Source: Macrostomum lignano
Lineage: Eukaryota
Reading direction: 5' to 3'
Length of the DNA stretch: 64,000 nt
Assembly (NCBI GenBank): GCA_002269645.1
Contig: NIVC01000106.1
Location: 744,001 to 808,000, forward strand
Shown: positions 1-53,289 of the stretch, piece after piece
Layout: each line of letters opens with the position of its first letter
How positions within the stretch are numbered: position 1 is the first letter of the stretch
The notes under the pieces: generated by a model
What the model saw: the letters and a program-made list of their open reading frames with translations, nothing else
Told to the model about the DNA's origin: nothing
Databases searched by the model: none
Program-made: the position numbers and the translations under genes

Positions 1-533
1 TCTGTCTTATATGTTCTCTCACCTCTCTCCTCTGTACTCTTTTCTTTCCCCTCTTTTGACTCCTCACTTTCCTTTCTCCTTTCTTCTTTTCTCTTCTCTT
101 CCCTTTTCTATACTCTGTCTCCCTCTTTTCTCTCACTCCATTCTCCTCTCTCCATTATCTCTTATCTCTCCTTCCACCTCTCTCATCTCTACAACCTTAG
201 AGATGTAGAGATGTATCTTATCTCTTCTCTCTTCCCTTTACTTTCTCATCTCTTCTTTCACCTGTTTCCTCTCTGCTCTCCTCTCTGCTCTCCTCTCTGC
301 TGTCTCCTCTCTCCTCTTATCTGCAGCTCTCTGCTCTCTCATCTCTACTCTCTGCTCTCTTATCTCTACTCTCTCCTCTCGCTTTTCCTCTCTCCCTCTT
401 CTCCTCTCTCTCTCATCGTCCTCACCCCCTCATCTCTCCTATTATCTTTCATCTTTTCTTTTATCCCCCTCTGTCGCCTCTCCTCTCTTCGAATCGTCTA
501 TTCCTTCTTCTTTCCACTTTCATCTGCCCCTTA
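1..533. repeat. CT-rich low-complexity polypyrimidine tract
   Basis: Almost exclusively C/T; ORFs 11..208 and 211..534 are L/S/P/F-only artefacts. Confidence 0.9.
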
Positions 534-1199
534 GCTATGAGCTGGATTCTTTATCTGGCCTTTGAGGTAAAAGTCTGCCCATCCTTGCTTGGAAAGCCAG
601 TTTGTGGGACATAGTACTCTCATGGTTGTTCTCATGCTTTGATCACGTCATCTTTCTTGCCAATTTGCAGCCCTGAAAGGAATTTGTGTATCTTCAGCTC
701 CACTGCAGTCTGCATCAGTCTAACAACCAAGGAAATATGCATTTCTTAGGAGGCCATTTAAAATTTACACAGTACCTTTAAAAGAAACCTAAAATTTCCA
801 TGGTGTGCCTAATTTAGTAGGGTTGTATTGCATTGCATCGCATCACCTTTTCATAAATCTTTCGCTCTTACAAACCATGCTGGATTCCCTCGATTTGCCA
901 ATTGCCATCGAGTGTTAAACTCTGCAAAGTTTGCCAATACAGAGGGGAGGGCAGTGGTTAGAATTTCTCACTAAACTGTTATGGCTAAACGTAGCCTCTC
1001 CACTCTCGGGGTGCAGAGAAAGTTATAAATAAAGTTATTCCAAAACACTGTACATTTGCTATGTACATTCAGTCCTATCGCCTGACCCTTCGTCTGGCTC
1101 TGGGGGAATGAGTGAGTGAGCGGCACAAACAACAGAAAAAGCAGACAAACTTCACATGCTTACAGTTTCTTTTTCGGTTGAGTTACAGAGTTGAAACTT

Positions 1200-1752
1200 T
1201 ACATTTAGATAGAGAATGGGTCAATAAAGAATTGTGTCAAGTTTGAAGTCAATCGCTTTACGTGGAGCAAACTTATAGCAGCTGAAAGTTAGTCAATTTT
1301 GAAACCCTTTTACACATCTGGGCCCAGATCGGTATTGGGAAAGAGAGGCAGGCGGGCAGAGGTTGGGGTGGCTGCCTCGCTAAAAAAAAACAGCCTAACT
1401 TTAAAAGTGCACAGCACTGTTCAGGATCAACTTTCAGACTCAAAATTTTACATGATTGTGCCAAAATAGTTCAAATTTGTCTGTGTCAAATTTGAAGAGA
1501 ATCGGTAGAAGTGGAGCGGTGCTATGGAGGATTTAGTAAAAAAATCGCGCATTTTGAGCAGTTTTTTGTACTTTTAGGTAGGAAGACTTGAGTCTAGGAA
1601 ATTAAAAGGTAGGCCTAGCCTAAGACATTCTCCGTAGTAAGTTTAGGGTGGGTGTAAAATTTGGTGTCATTTGGTTGAGCGGTTTAGGAGTCCATAGCGA
1701 AGTAATTTGTCCACAGACAGACAGACAGAGTTTTGATTTTTATAGGTATAGA
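1200..1752 (-). mobile_element. Possible non-autonomous Helitron-like remnant (5' end at 1752)
   Basis: Minus strand reads A|TCTATACCTATAAAAATCAAAACTCTGTCTGTCTGTCTG...AAACCGCTCAACCAAATGACACCAAATTT, resembling 5' ends of invertebrate non-autonomous Helitrons. Related tgtgtcaa(a/g)tttgaag motifs recur at ~1230 and ~1482. No CTAG 3' end was located and the lower boundary is approximate. Confidence 0.35.
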
Positions 1753-4700
1753 TTAATAAGCAATAATCTAGTCTAGGCAACTAGGCATTGTTTTTAGTAA
1801 TATTGATAAATTAATTAAGACTTTTTGCAATACTGCCAATATGCTTTAATAAGCTTTAAATTTTATTGCTTGCATATGAACATTGGCGGCATCACTTTGA
1901 TCCACTTCTTTCCTATTTTTACTATAGCAACATTCTGCTGCCCCTCCTGCCTTGCACTGCTAGTGCTTAAACAACCTTGCTAGGCCTATGCTATTTATAT
2001 TTTATCAATTAATAAGCTTTAAAGTTTCAAGTTACTTGCTTCTTTTACTTATAGTAGGCCTAGTAATGTTTCACATGAAATTAGGCATCCTTTTTACCTA
2101 TTATTTGTTTGTTATTTTTAGTGTATAAATTCTTGAATTACTTGAATTACTTATCTCTTATCTGTGTCAGCTAAAAAGATAAAAAAGCAGACAATGCATT
2201 TAAAACTTAAAAGTCTGCTTTGAAGTGCAAAATTCCTGTATTTTCTATATTAACGTTAATGGACTAAAATTTATTCACGACACTTACTAACAATAATCAC
2301 TAATCAGTTAACTTATTAATATCAGTCAGCTTAATAGGGCTAGGGCCTAGGCCTGGGCCGCCTGGGCCTACTAAAAAATAGAGTTAACATTAACAAGTTA
2401 AGATTTTTATGGTATACTAATGCTTTTGCCATTAATGGAAGTTTATAAGATTTTCATTATTGGTGCTCAACACTGGCTCGGTCGTGTTACTCTACTAGTA
2501 AGTCCTACTGTCGTCTTACTGTGTAGTAGGGGCAGGGCGGGGCCTATTTTTTAGGACTATTTATTAACCCTTAAATTTTCAACAAAGATAAATCACTAGA
2601 GTAAAATTTCAAGCATATAAATACGAATTAATTAACTAGCACTGTAGACTCCGACATCCTACATTGGCTGATGATAATGTGGCAGTCGAGTGCCACTGTT
2701 GAACATTTAATCAAATAATTACGCTAAGTTGCATGCCCAAGAAACATTAAATTTTTTTTACTTTCGTACCCATCCAATGAATTTCTAGCGCGTCATTTTT
2801 CCGTCAAGTGGCCGTCCAGCCACTGTTTTAGTTTCCACTGGGTGCTAAAACGCGCTCCCTTGCGGTGGATTTTGTTAAAATTTTTCTCCCTTTTCCTTTG
2901 CGGCAAGCCGTCCACCCAATGTTTCCACGCACTGAAACTTTGCTCCATCGGCCTGTCCAATGTAACTTCCAAACGTTGTGCATGCAATTCTCTCTCTTTA
3001 TTTATAATCTGCGCATGATGAGTTGATTTCTAACCCCCTACCCCTTTCTCCCCCACCATACCCCTTTTGTTTTCGACCACCTATTTCCTTAATCTAATTT
3101 TCGTTTTCTTTTAAGTTTTATTCAGCGCACCGGCGCCCGTGAACATCTCAGTCGTCTAAAAATCAATATTACTAAACATAAGCCTGCCTAATTATTAATA
3201 AACTAAGCCCATAACCATTATTCCGAATCATATTTAATCTGCTGACATAAGCCATAGCATTTATTGAGTCATTTGGCCGTGGGGCGTAAAATAACCAAGT
3301 TCTCATCTCAAAGAAAGCTCTGAGACTTATCCGTTCCGTAATACGTAAATTACGGTGGTGGCAGCAACTACCCTACTGAAAGTAACTGGTTCAACACATC
3401 GACGCATTAATTTACGGAGCCAGAAATCTCCGGTGTTTCATCCCTTTGAACGACCCGAGCCGCTAAACGACCGCTCTGCTACGATTACGACTACCCTCCC
3501 CCCGGACTTGAGAACCCGGCAGTCGGAGAAAAGGAGAAGAAATTCCGTTGTGATTCATCTGCGCGATTTTTCCGGTTTTATTCGTGCGAACGCAACGCCA
3601 CCGGTTTCGAAGAATTTCGGCCGACCTTCAACCCAGGAGTTTAAATCTGCTCCACCCCCACCTCACTGGTGTCAACAAATTTTCAAAACCGAGAACTACC
3701 AAAAAATTCTTCTCCGCCCCACCTCAATAACCGACGAGATTTTTCGATGAAAAGTTGAACTTAAAATGCCGCCTAAAGCTATTACATTTATTTGACTGTA
3801 AAAAATACTAGAATTTTAGTTTTTTTAATTACTTATAAGAGTGACTAGGCGTCTCAAGCAAACACTTCTGTGCAAAGATTATACTTTTTGTTTAAATGAG
3901 GTAAAAATGGCTTGAAACTTTTAAGAAATGTTTAAGGTCGTGCTTTGTAAAATCAAATAGGATTTTTTTAGAATTACCAATACAGTCGATGCAGATGCAG
4001 ATAAGAAGCCTCTTGAACAAGTTTTAGACGTTATTATTTTAAACTTTTTTTTCAAGTGACAGACCAATTTAACATGAAAAATCGATTAATGCGTCGTTAG
4101 AGCAGCATGTGAGGCACAAAATAGTGTGATTAGAACTTTCTCTGACACTGTTAAGAGACTCAATCACTGTTTTAGTGTTGAAAATCGTGAAGTTTTCTAT
4201 CTCAGTAGTGTATTTTTCCGTTGAAACCTGCCTTTAAAACTATTTCTGAACGAAAAGCTTTATGAATATGAATAGAGCAATAAGAAAGGCACAACATTTC
4301 AAAATATGAAGATTGGGTCTTTCTCTATCGAAAGCAATAACAATATTTGTGCTGAAAAAAATAAAACCTCCTAATCTCTGTAGTGTATTTTTCGGCGAAA
4401 ATTGTTGCCTTCAAAACATTTTACCATAGATTTTGAGTGTAGCCTTATATATATGTTATTTCAGTAGTAGTCCTTATATCCTCCAGCTTCAAAAGCGTTT
4501 GCAATGAGTTTTTATATTTTTAACTGGCGTGGGATTCTTGACGATTACCACCATTATTATATTTTCATGCCATCTTGGGAAAGATTTCTAGCCAGCAGGA
4601 CGATCGATAATGATTACCTACCGGATAAATTGCGCAGAACAAATAATTATATGTACACGTACAATATATGTACTGCAATTACATACTATACATACATGTA

Positions 4701-5520
4701 AATTTCAGTAAGTTAAGTAATGTTTTCGGTGAAAAATACATGTATAAAAATAATATTGTTACTCGTTTTTTTCCTAAAGGCGAGAGCGAGACAAATAATT
4801 AATTTGCAGACTATGGTGAACCCCATCTGTCTTTATACCTCAGACTAAAACGTACGCGTCAAGAAAACGCGTTGATCGCGAGAGAAGAATTTTCACTTCA
4901 GTTTCGTGGGCAGGGCAAGCAAGAAAATTAATTAAAATATTTAGATTGTTCAGCATCGAACGATCATCTGTGAGGGGTTTCGGTCGTCATGCAAAAGCTC
5001 AGTTATTAAAAGTGCAAAATGCAGCGTGAGACGTCTTTTTTCAAAACTATAGTTTTTTCCGCTTGTCCTGCTGAAAATTGAAATGAGGAAGCTGCTCAGA
5101 ATAAATACATAAGATTGAAGAATGAGACAGAGTGAAAGGCAATTTGCAAGGCGTTGGTGATGGATATTCCTTCGGGGAGACAGATGTACTTTTACGGGTC
5201 GCTATATACGCATGCAATGTAGCGAGTTGTTATTGCTGCGAGCCTGGATTAGCGCACGAAAGCCTCGTACACACGTATCTGCAGCGGGTGAGAATATTGT
5301 ATTATACGTTTACAGCAGCAAGAGCTCGAAGTAATTAGGAGCGTAACACTCAAGCATAAAGCTATGCATTAGACAGAGCCATGCAGTTAAACAAAGCAGA
5401 AAAATGATGAATATTTAATCAAGCTTGAAACTGCTATACTCTGATTATTAAACTGCGAGATAGTGTGGGTGGATTGTTCAGTATTTTAGTATAGTATTTT
5501 TGAAGTAATTTTGAAGTAAC

Positions 5521-6290
5521 CAGGGGCGCCAGCACCAGCAGGGGCGCCAGCACCAGGGGCGCCAGCACCAGGGGCGCCAGCACCAGGGGCGCCAGTACCA
5601 GGGGCGCCAGCACACGGGCGCCAGCACCAGGGGCGCCAGCACCAGGGGCGCCAGCACCAGGGGCGCCAGCACCAGCAGGGGCGCCAGCACCAGCAGGGGC
5701 GCCAGCACCAGGGGCGCCAGCACCAGGGGCGCCAGCACCAGGGGCGCCAGCACCAGGGGCGCCAGCACCAGGGGCGCCAGCACCAGGGGCGCCAGCACCA
5801 GCAGGGGCGCCAGCACCAGGGGCGCCAGCACCAGCAGGGGCGCCAGCACCAGGGGCGCCAGCACCAGCAGGGACGCCAGCACCAGGGGCGCCAGCACCAG
5901 GGGCGCCAGCACCAGCAGGGGCGCCAGCACCAGGGGCGCCAGCACCAGCAGGGGCGCCAGCACCAGGGGCGCCAGCACCAGCAGGGACGCCAGCACCAGG
6001 GGCGCCAGCACCAGGGGCGCCAGCACCAGGGGCGCCAGCACCAGGGGCGCCAGCACCAGGGGCGCCAGCACCAGGGGCGCCAGCACCAGGGGCGCCAGCA
6101 CCAGGGGCGCCAGCACCAGGGGCGCCAGCACCAGGGGCGCCAGCACCAGGGGCGCCAGTACCAGGGGCGCCAGCACACGGGCGCCAGCACCAAGGGCGCC
6201 AGCACCAAGGGCGCCAGCACCAGGGGCGCCAGCACCAGGGGCACCAGCACCAGGGGCGCCAGTACCAGTGGCGCCAGCACCAGGGGCGCC
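5521..6290. repeat. GC-rich minisatellite, 15-bp unit CAGGGGCGCCAGCAC
   Basis: Directly visible tandem array; explains the (LVLAP)n and (WCWRP)n ORFs. Confidence 0.95.
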
Positions 6291-7199
6291 AAATGCAGAT
6301 TTTGTTAGCGCATTGAGGAGGGGGCCGTTGCCTCCCTGCCCCCCCCCGCCTAGGCTACGTCCTGAGAAAAAGCATTTTTTAGTTCAACAAATCCAAGCTG
6401 CTTTGCTTTGCTTTTATGACGCCATGCAGGGGATTAAGGATTTAAAGGAACTCCAAAAGAAGAAGCTAGCAAAGAGCTGTTTGCTTTTTGAGTCTTCAAA
6501 CAGGGCCGAAATCGTGGATGCAGCAGCAGCCGAGGAGTCGGTAGGATAAAAAATTCTTGAAGCGAGGAAAGAAGACTTCTGCTGCTCGGACGAGGAGAGA
6601 GGAGGATCGAGCCGTGTAGGGGGGGGGGGGGGGCTGTTGCTTCTCTTGGGCTGCTGGAGCAGCAATAAGCTTATGAGGCGCGGAGCGCGTGAGAGACAGG
6701 CAGGACACGAAGGCCCATGCCAGAAAACAGCAGAGAAGCGGGAATAGGGCTAGGGTCCCCCCACCGTGATTAAATCATGCCCCCATGACTCTCACCCCTC
6801 AGCTCCCCACGGTTTGTGCCGCCACCAGTCGCAGCTTCCCGTCAGCCAGTCTTCATCTCTATATTTTCTGCTCCTGCTCCGTCCGTCCCCCTTCGGGTGC
6901 CCGTGCTAATTACAGGGGGACTCAGGCTCGCAAGATCGCATTCTTTATTCTATTTTCCTCTCTTGTTGCAGTTCTGATGGCTTTGCCGGAAATTGCATGG
7001 CGGAATCAACAGAAAACCTGAAAACTTGAAAAATTTTAACAATTTTGTTTATCAGAATCCGACATCAACCCGACACACACCATGATGCAGCAGTAAGTCC
7101 AAAAAAATTAGTAATTGTTTTCTTTGTGTAAAAGTTTCACTTTTTAAATTCAATTTTTTGTTACATTTAAGCTCTTTCTTAAAAATCAAATTCACCGAA

Positions 7200-8125
7200 T
7201 ATCACTGCTCAATGGATCTCATATCACTGATTCTCATAACACTGGATTCATATCACTGGCTCTCATATTACTGGCTCTCATGGATCACTGGATCCCATGG
7301 ATCACTGGATCTCATGGATCACTGGATCACATATCACTGGATCTCATGGATCACTGGATCACATATCACTGGATCTCATGGATCACTGGATCTCATGGAT
7401 CACTGGATCTCATGGATCACTGGATCTCATATCACTGGCTCTCATGGATCACTGGATCACATGGATCACTGGATCTCATATCACTGGCTCTCATAGATCA
7501 CTGGATCTCATGGATCACTGGATCTCATAGATGACTGGATCTCATAGATGACTGGATCTCATAGATGACTGGATCTCATAGATGACTGGGTCTCATGGAT
7601 CTCTGCATCTCATGAATCACTGGATCTCATATCACTGTTTCTCATATCACTGGATCTCATATCAATGGATCTCATATCACTGTTTCTCATATCACTGATT
7701 CTCAAATCACTGGATCTCATATCAATGGATCTCATATCACTGGCTCTCAAATCACTGGATCTCATATCACTGGATCTCATATCACTGTTTCTCATATCAC
7801 TGGATCTCATATCACTGGATCTCATTTCACTGGTTCTCATATCACTGATTCTCAAATCACTGGATCTCATATCACTGGATCTCATATCACTGGATCTCAT
7901 ATCACTGGATCTCATATCAATGGATCTCAAATCACTGGATCTCATATCAATGGATCTCATATCAATGGATCTCATATCAATGGATCTCATATCAATGGAT
8001 CTCAAATCACTGGATCTCAAATCACTGGATCTCAAATCACTGGATCTCAAATCACTGGATCTCAAATCACTGGATCTCAAATCACTGGATCTCATATCAT
8101 AAGATATCATATCACTGGATCTCAT
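7200..8125. repeat. Minisatellite, 15-17-bp unit ATCACTGGATCTCAT(GG)
   Basis: Visible tandem array; the RSSDM and SLDLI ORFs are artefacts. Confidence 0.95.
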
Positions 8126-8524
8126 GCAATGTGATTCTCATTTGCGTTACGTTTCACTATACTATCTATAATGTTTATAAACTCGAGAAATTCTATCATC
8201 GTCAGCTGGTCGTGTTGCTGCATAAATATTGACTACTGTGAATTTTCCATTCACATTCATACAATGCTACTTGCTAGTAGGAATATTGAATTTTTGAAGA
8301 TATTGAAACCCCTAATCCCATCTATAAACCTAACCCTAACCATGCCGACCAACTCACAGCATTTCAGCAATTTCCCTTTAGAACTTTCGACATCTTAGCA
8401 ATTCCCCATAATGAGGATTGACTAAAATGAGGATTTAATTGAGGGGAGAGTCAGAGGAAGAGAGAGGAGTTCAAAGGAGGAGGAGTCATTCGGAGAGAGC
8501 GAAGTTTAAGGGAGGGGAGAGTCA

Positions 8525-9255
8525 GATGAGAGAGCGGAGTTTAAGGGGGAGTCAGTGGGAGAGAGCGGAGTTTAAGGGGGAGTCAGTGGGAGAGAGCGGA
8601 GTTTAAGGGGGAGTCAGTGGGAGAGAGCTGAGTTTAAGGGGGAGTCAGTGGGAGAGAGCGGAGTTTAAGGGGGAGTCAGTGGGAGAGAGCGGAGTTTAAG
8701 GGGGAGTCAGTGGGAGAGAGCGGAGTTTAAGGGGGAGTCAGTGGGAGAGAGCGGAGTTTAAGGGGGAGTCAGTGGGAGAGAGCGGAGTTTAAGGGGGAGT
8801 CAGTGGAGAGAGCGGAGTTTAAGGGGGAGTCAGTGGGAGAGAGCGGAGTTTAAGGGGGAGTCAGTGGGAGAGAGCGGAGTTTAAGGGGGAGTCAGTGGGA
8901 GAGAGCGGAGTTTAAGGGGGAGTCAGTGGGAGAGAGCGGAGTTTAAGGGGAGTCAGTGGGAGAGAGCGGAGTTTAAGGGGGAGTCAGTGGGAGAGAGCGG
9001 AGTTTAAGGGGGAGTCAGTGGGAGAGAGCGGAGTTTAAGGGGGAGTCAGTGGGAGAGAGCGGAGTTTAAGGGGGAGTCAGTGGGTGAGAGCGGAGTTTAA
9101 GGGGGAGTCAGTGGGTGAGAGCGGAGTTTAAGGGGGAGTCAGTGGTGAGAGCGGAGTTTAAGGGGAGTCAGTGGGAGAGAGCGGAGTTTAAGGGGGAGTC
9201 AGTGGGTGAGAGCGGAGTTTAAGGGGGAGTCAGTGGGTGAGAGCGGAGTTTAAGG
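8525..9255. repeat. G-rich minisatellite, 31-bp unit GGAGTTTAAGGGGGAGTCAGTGGGAGAGAGC
   Basis: Visible tandem array with a 31-bp period. Confidence 0.95.
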
Positions 9256-9949
9256 GAGCGTGAAAGACTGCGAATCCGCCCTCTACAGCTATTCATACTT
9301 CAGTAGCAAGTGGCATCAGGTGACAGTGCAGGAAAACTCATAACTCCGTTCAGAAAGTATCGAAGCCATAAAAGTCCCAAAGTCTCTAAGATTTCAAAGT
9401 TGAGTTGCTATATGCTTCGAAGTCCGCAGACTTTCTTCGAGCTTAGCGGCCAGTGGCTTCGCGACCGCTAGGCATAATTGATGAGTGGGTAGGGGAGCGA
9501 GAAGATGGATTGGGTGAATGCTAGTCTGGCAGTGAAGCTGCACAACCCCCACCCCCCAGCAACCAGTGACCGAATATTCCTATCATAGTCAAGAAGGATC
9601 TGAGCTCAAAATTGCTGGCAAAACTCGCTAAAACTCTGCTCGCGGGAGAGAGCTTGGCGTGAGTTTGTAGAAGGCACGGCTCAACCGATAAAAATCATGC
9701 AAAACCATATGCAGACTCCCCGGCTCCATCCCATCCATATTTCCACATTTTGTGCTGATCTTGTCAAAAGCCCGGCCTGTCTTATTGCTGCTCGAATGGC
9801 TGCACACATGTAGCGGAGAGCTGCTCTCTGTCCAGCATGAATCCTTTGATTGCACACTGCGTCTGTGTCTGGCCTTCTCCCAGACCATCGCTTCTCATCT
9901 GACCCTCATGTCCACAGCCCACACCGGCTTAGCATTATTGCTTTCTGTT

Positions 9950-10745
9950 CTCCCTCTCCTCTCCCTTCTTTCTCCCTTCTCTCTCTCTCTCCCTCTCCCT
10001 TCTCTCTCTCACTCCCTTCTCTCTCACTCCTTCTTCCTTCTCTCTCTCTCTCTCCCTCTCCCTCTCCCTTCTCTCTCCCTCTGCCTTCTCTCTCTCACTC
10101 CTTTCCCTCTCACTCCTTCTCCCTTCTCTCTCTCTCTCTCTCCCTCTCCCTTCTCTCTCCCTCTCCCTTCTCTCTCCCTCTCCCTTCTCTCTCCCTCTCC
10201 CTTCTCTCTCCCTCTCCCTTCTCTCTCTCATTCTCTTCTCTCTCCCTCTCCCTTCTCTCTCCCTCTGCCTTCTCTCTCTCACTCCCTTCCCTCTCACTCC
10301 TTCTCCTTCTCTCTCTCTCTCCCTCTCCCTTCTCTCTCTCTCTCTTCCCTTTCCCTCTCCCTTCTCTCTCCCTTTCCCTTCTCTCTCTCACTCCCTTCTC
10401 TCTCACTCCTTCTCCCTTCTCTCTCACTCCTTCTTTCTCTCTCTCTCTCTCCCTCTCCCTTCTCTCTCTCTCTCCCTCTCTTCTCTCTCTCTCTCCCTTC
10501 TCTCTCTCTCTCTCCCTTCTCTCTCCCTCTCCCTTCTCTCTCTCACTCTCTTCTCTTCCCTCTCCCTCTCCCTTCTCTCTCTCCCTCTCCCCCCCTCTCT
10601 CTCCCCTCTCTTTCTCCTTCTCTCCCCTCTCTCTCCCTCTCCCCCCCTCTCTCTCCCCTCTCTTTCTCCTTCTCTCCCCTCTCTCTCCCTCTCTTTTCTC
10701 TCCCTTCTCCTTTCTCTCTCACTCTATTTTCTCTCCCTCTCCCTC
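9950..10745. repeat. CT-rich low-complexity polypyrimidine tract
   Basis: About 800 bp of nearly pure C/T; the overlapping 344/349-aa ORFs are artefacts. Confidence 0.95.
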
Positions 10746-11379
10746 CCACCGCCTCTGGACAAATAATATTTTCATGCAAAAATTGAAGAGCTCTGACAAA
10801 TTGCCGTCAATTTCATGGCTGGCCTGCGGGCCGAATCTAAAAGAGTTTTCTCTGCTCGACTTCCCCAATCCTGAAGCTTTACTAATCTCGAAATTCTAGC
10901 TCGTAGAAGAATTTCCTCCCCCCCACACCGTCTAGTCTGCTCCATTCTCAGCTTGGAATTTTGATGAATTCTAATATTAGCCATATTTAGATTGTCTGCC
11001 TGCTAGCCTGGAGGTCCATTTCTTAGAAACCAGGGCCTCTGACTTCGCGCTGAGAGAGAGGAAGGCAACTAACATAAAAACTTGGGGTGCGGGCATGCAG
11101 ATGTGGCTGGCGGTAGAAGCTGGTGCGCTTAGCCTATTTTTAGCCTCATATAGTGTATTAGTTCTGTTTGCATTTGGCTGGAAGTGCCGCTCACAAGCAT
11201 TGAGCAGGGCGAAGCGCTAGAAATACTCCGAACAAATTTAGATTGCTTGCGCTTGCTGCGAGCTGCGCTGCAGAAAAATTCTAAATTATGCAGATATTTT
11301 TAAAGCTAGCATAGCTACTGAGAATCTAGTTTATAATCTCACTCACTCATAGACACAGTAGCCATGATACCCATAAACT

Positions 11380-13520
11380 CACTCGTGGAGTCAATCATAA
11401 GCACACTCGTGGAGTCAATCATAAACGCACTCATAAATACACCCGTGAACTCGCTCATAAACGCACTCGTGAAGTCAATCATAAACACACCCGTGAGCTC
11501 GCTCATAAACACACTCGTGAAGTCAATCATAAACACACCCGTGAGCTCGCTCATAAACACACTCGTGAAGTCAATCATAAACACACCCGTGAGCTCGCTC
11601 ATAAACACACTCGTGAAGTCAATCATAAACACACCCGTGAGCTCGCTCATAAACACACTCGTGAAGTCAATCATAAACACACCCGTGAGCTCGCTCATAA
11701 ACACACTCGTGAAGTCAATCATAAACACACCCGTGAGCTCGCTCATAAACACACTCGTGGAGTAAATCATAAACACACTCGTGGAGTCAATCATAAACAT
11801 ACTCATAAATACACCCGTGAGCTCGCTCATAAACACACTCGTGAAGTCAATCATAAACACACCCGTGAGCTCGCTCATAAACACACTCGTGGAGTCAATC
11901 ATAAACACACTCATAAATACACCCGTGAACTCGCTCATAAACACACTCGTGGAGTCAATCATAAACACACTCGTGGAGTCAATCATAAACGCACTCGTGA
12001 AGTCAATCATAAACACACTCGTGGAGTAAATCATAAACACACTCGTGGAGTCAATCATAAACATACTCATAAATACACCTGTGAACTCGCTCATAAACAC
12101 ACTCGTGGAGTCAATCATAAACACACTCGTGGAGTCAATCATAAACACACTCGTGGAGTAAATCATAAACACACTCGTGGAGTCAATCATAAACACACTC
12201 ATAAATACACCCGTGAACTCGCTCATAAACACACTCGTGGAGTCAATCATAAACACACTCGTAGAGTAAATCATAAACACACTCGTGGAGTCAATCATAA
12301 ACATACTCATAAATACACCCGTGAACTCGCTCATAAACGCACTCGTGAAGTCAATCATAAACACACTCATAAATACACCCGTGAACTCGCTCATAAACAC
12401 ACTCGTGGAGTCAATCATAAACACACTCGTGGAGTCAATCATAAACACACTCGTGAAGTTAATCATAAACGCACTCGTGAAGTCAATCATAAACACACTC
12501 GTGGAGTCAATCATAAACACACTCGTGGAGTCAATCATAAACACACTCGTGGAGTCAATCATAAACACACTCGTGGAGTCAATCATAAACACACTCGTGA
12601 AGTCAATCATAAACACACTCGTGGAGTCAATCATAAACGCACTCGTGAAGTCAATCATAAACACACTCGTGGAGTTAATCATAAACGCACTCGTGAAGTC
12701 AATCATAAACACACTCGTGGAGTCAATCATAAACACACTCGTGGAGTCAATCTTAAACACACTCATAAATACACCCGTGAACTCGCTCATTAACACACTC
12801 GTGGAGTAAATCATAAACACACTCGTGGAGTTAATCATAAACACACTCGTGGAGTCAATCATAAACACACTCGTGGAGTAAATCATAAACACACTCGTGG
12901 AGTAAATCATAAACACACTCGTGGAGTCAATCATAAACACACTCATAAATACACCCGTGAACTCGCTCATAAACACACTCGTGGAGTCAATCATAAACAC
13001 ACTCGTGGAGTTAATCATAAACACACTCGTGGAGTCAATCATAAACACACTCGTGGAGTAAATCATAAACACACTCGTGGAGTCAATCATAAACGCACTC
13101 GTGAAGTCAATCATAAACACACTCGTGAAGTCAATCATAAACACACTCGTGGAGTTAATCATAAACACACTCGTGGAGTCAATCATAAACACACTCGTGG
13201 AGTAAATCATAAACACACTCGTGGAGTCAATCATAAACGCACTCGTGAAGTCAATCATAAACGCACTCGTGGAGTCAATCATAAACACACTCGTGGAGTA
13301 AATCATAAACGCACTCGTGGAGTCAATGATAAACACACTCGTGGAGACGGTCATAAAAACACTCATAAACACACCCGTGAACTCGCTCATAAACACACTC
13401 GTAAAGTCAATCATAAACATGCATACTCGTGAAGACAGTCTTAAACACACTCATAAACACACCCGTGGGCTCGCTCATAAACACGATCGTGAAGCAACTC
13501 ACAAATGCACTCGTGAACCC
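11380..13520. repeat. Minisatellite, 24-bp unit AAACACACTCGTGGAGTCAATCAT with higher-order variants
   Basis: Visible array; the 703-aa minus ORF is its (MIDSTSVF)n translation. Confidence 0.95.
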
Positions 13521-14495
13521 ATTCATGCAGTCTTATTCTCTCGGCTTTTTTCGCTACTCAATTTCCCGTCCCATATCTGGAAGTTTTTCTTTTATCTATT
13601 TTCTCTTAGGCGGGTACAGAGGCGTTTAACATTTGGACTTTAAAGAAATAAAATGTGAGAAGAGGGAAGAGGAAGATTAAGAAAAGAAATAGCGACATAA
13701 GCGGACAGCCAGATGAGGTTGTACTGAACTGACTTCTCGACTGCAAGAGAGTACAAGGAAAGGAAAGCAGAGAGCTCAGAGAGAGAAAGCAGGAGAGAGG
13801 GATCTCCACCCCCATTGGGTGCAGGTGGCGCCTTGCGCACACGCAATGCAAATTTTTAGCGCGCATGCTAGAGACGGAGTAAGGGGCTGAGTGAACCCCG
13901 ATGGCTGTGCAGCCGGGGAGGCTGGGAGGCGGACTGGGAGAAGGATTGGATGGAGCTTTACTGAGACTGAGGCGAAGGGCTGTGTGGGTGGGGTCAATGG
14001 GTTGAATGGACGGTAACGCCGATACGCTCACTGACGCCCCCCCCTCTCCACCATCCTCGCAACCTCATCCACTCCCCATCCGCTCCCCAATCACATGCGT
14101 CAGTCAGCCCCGCGCTGTGAAAGTTCTCTGCAGTGCCCAAACAATCCTTAGCCTTAGGCTGCAGCAACTCACTGACTCACTCCCTCACGCACTGCTCTCT
14201 CTCTCTAAGTCGTCGAAGAGATCCCGTGTTTAAATAAATATTTTTTAACGCGAAATTGCTTGGCACGCTGGATTTAGCAATTTTATTTTGTAAATCGGAA
14301 AACATATTCGAGCACAGCTCAAATTCTGATTTATATTTTTTTCAAGCAGAGGCGGCTTAGCAGCAGATAAATAATTGTTATAAAACTCTTTTATAAGTCG
14401 TGCCGCTCATGCTAAACCGCGGCTCAATGAGCGACAGCGGCCACAGAGCTGCCACAGGCCCTGGGTAACCATCCATCAGAAAGAGTTTTTAGACT

Positions 14496-53289
<38,794 letters not shown>

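Noticed and set aside
4200-4740. Repeated GTATTTTTC(C/G)G..GAAA motifs at ~4205, ~4385 and inverted at ~4725
   Set aside because: Too short and AT-rich to define an element; no TSD.
5521-6364. Complete hAT MITE around the 15-bp array
   Set aside because: Only a right-end-like GGCTACGTCCTG is present; no matching left TIR or TSD.
9628-9888. RAFDKIS resembles the LINE reverse-transcriptase KAFD motif
   Set aside because: A single short motif with no other RT motifs; cannot be supported without a search.
11339-13450. 703-aa ORF and the other long periodic ORFs (5478-6292, 9752-10899, 15001-16665, 40669-42406, 42421-43023, 53832-54642, 63262-63952)
   Set aside because: Translations of tandem repeats whose units lack stops; open in several frames and on both strands.
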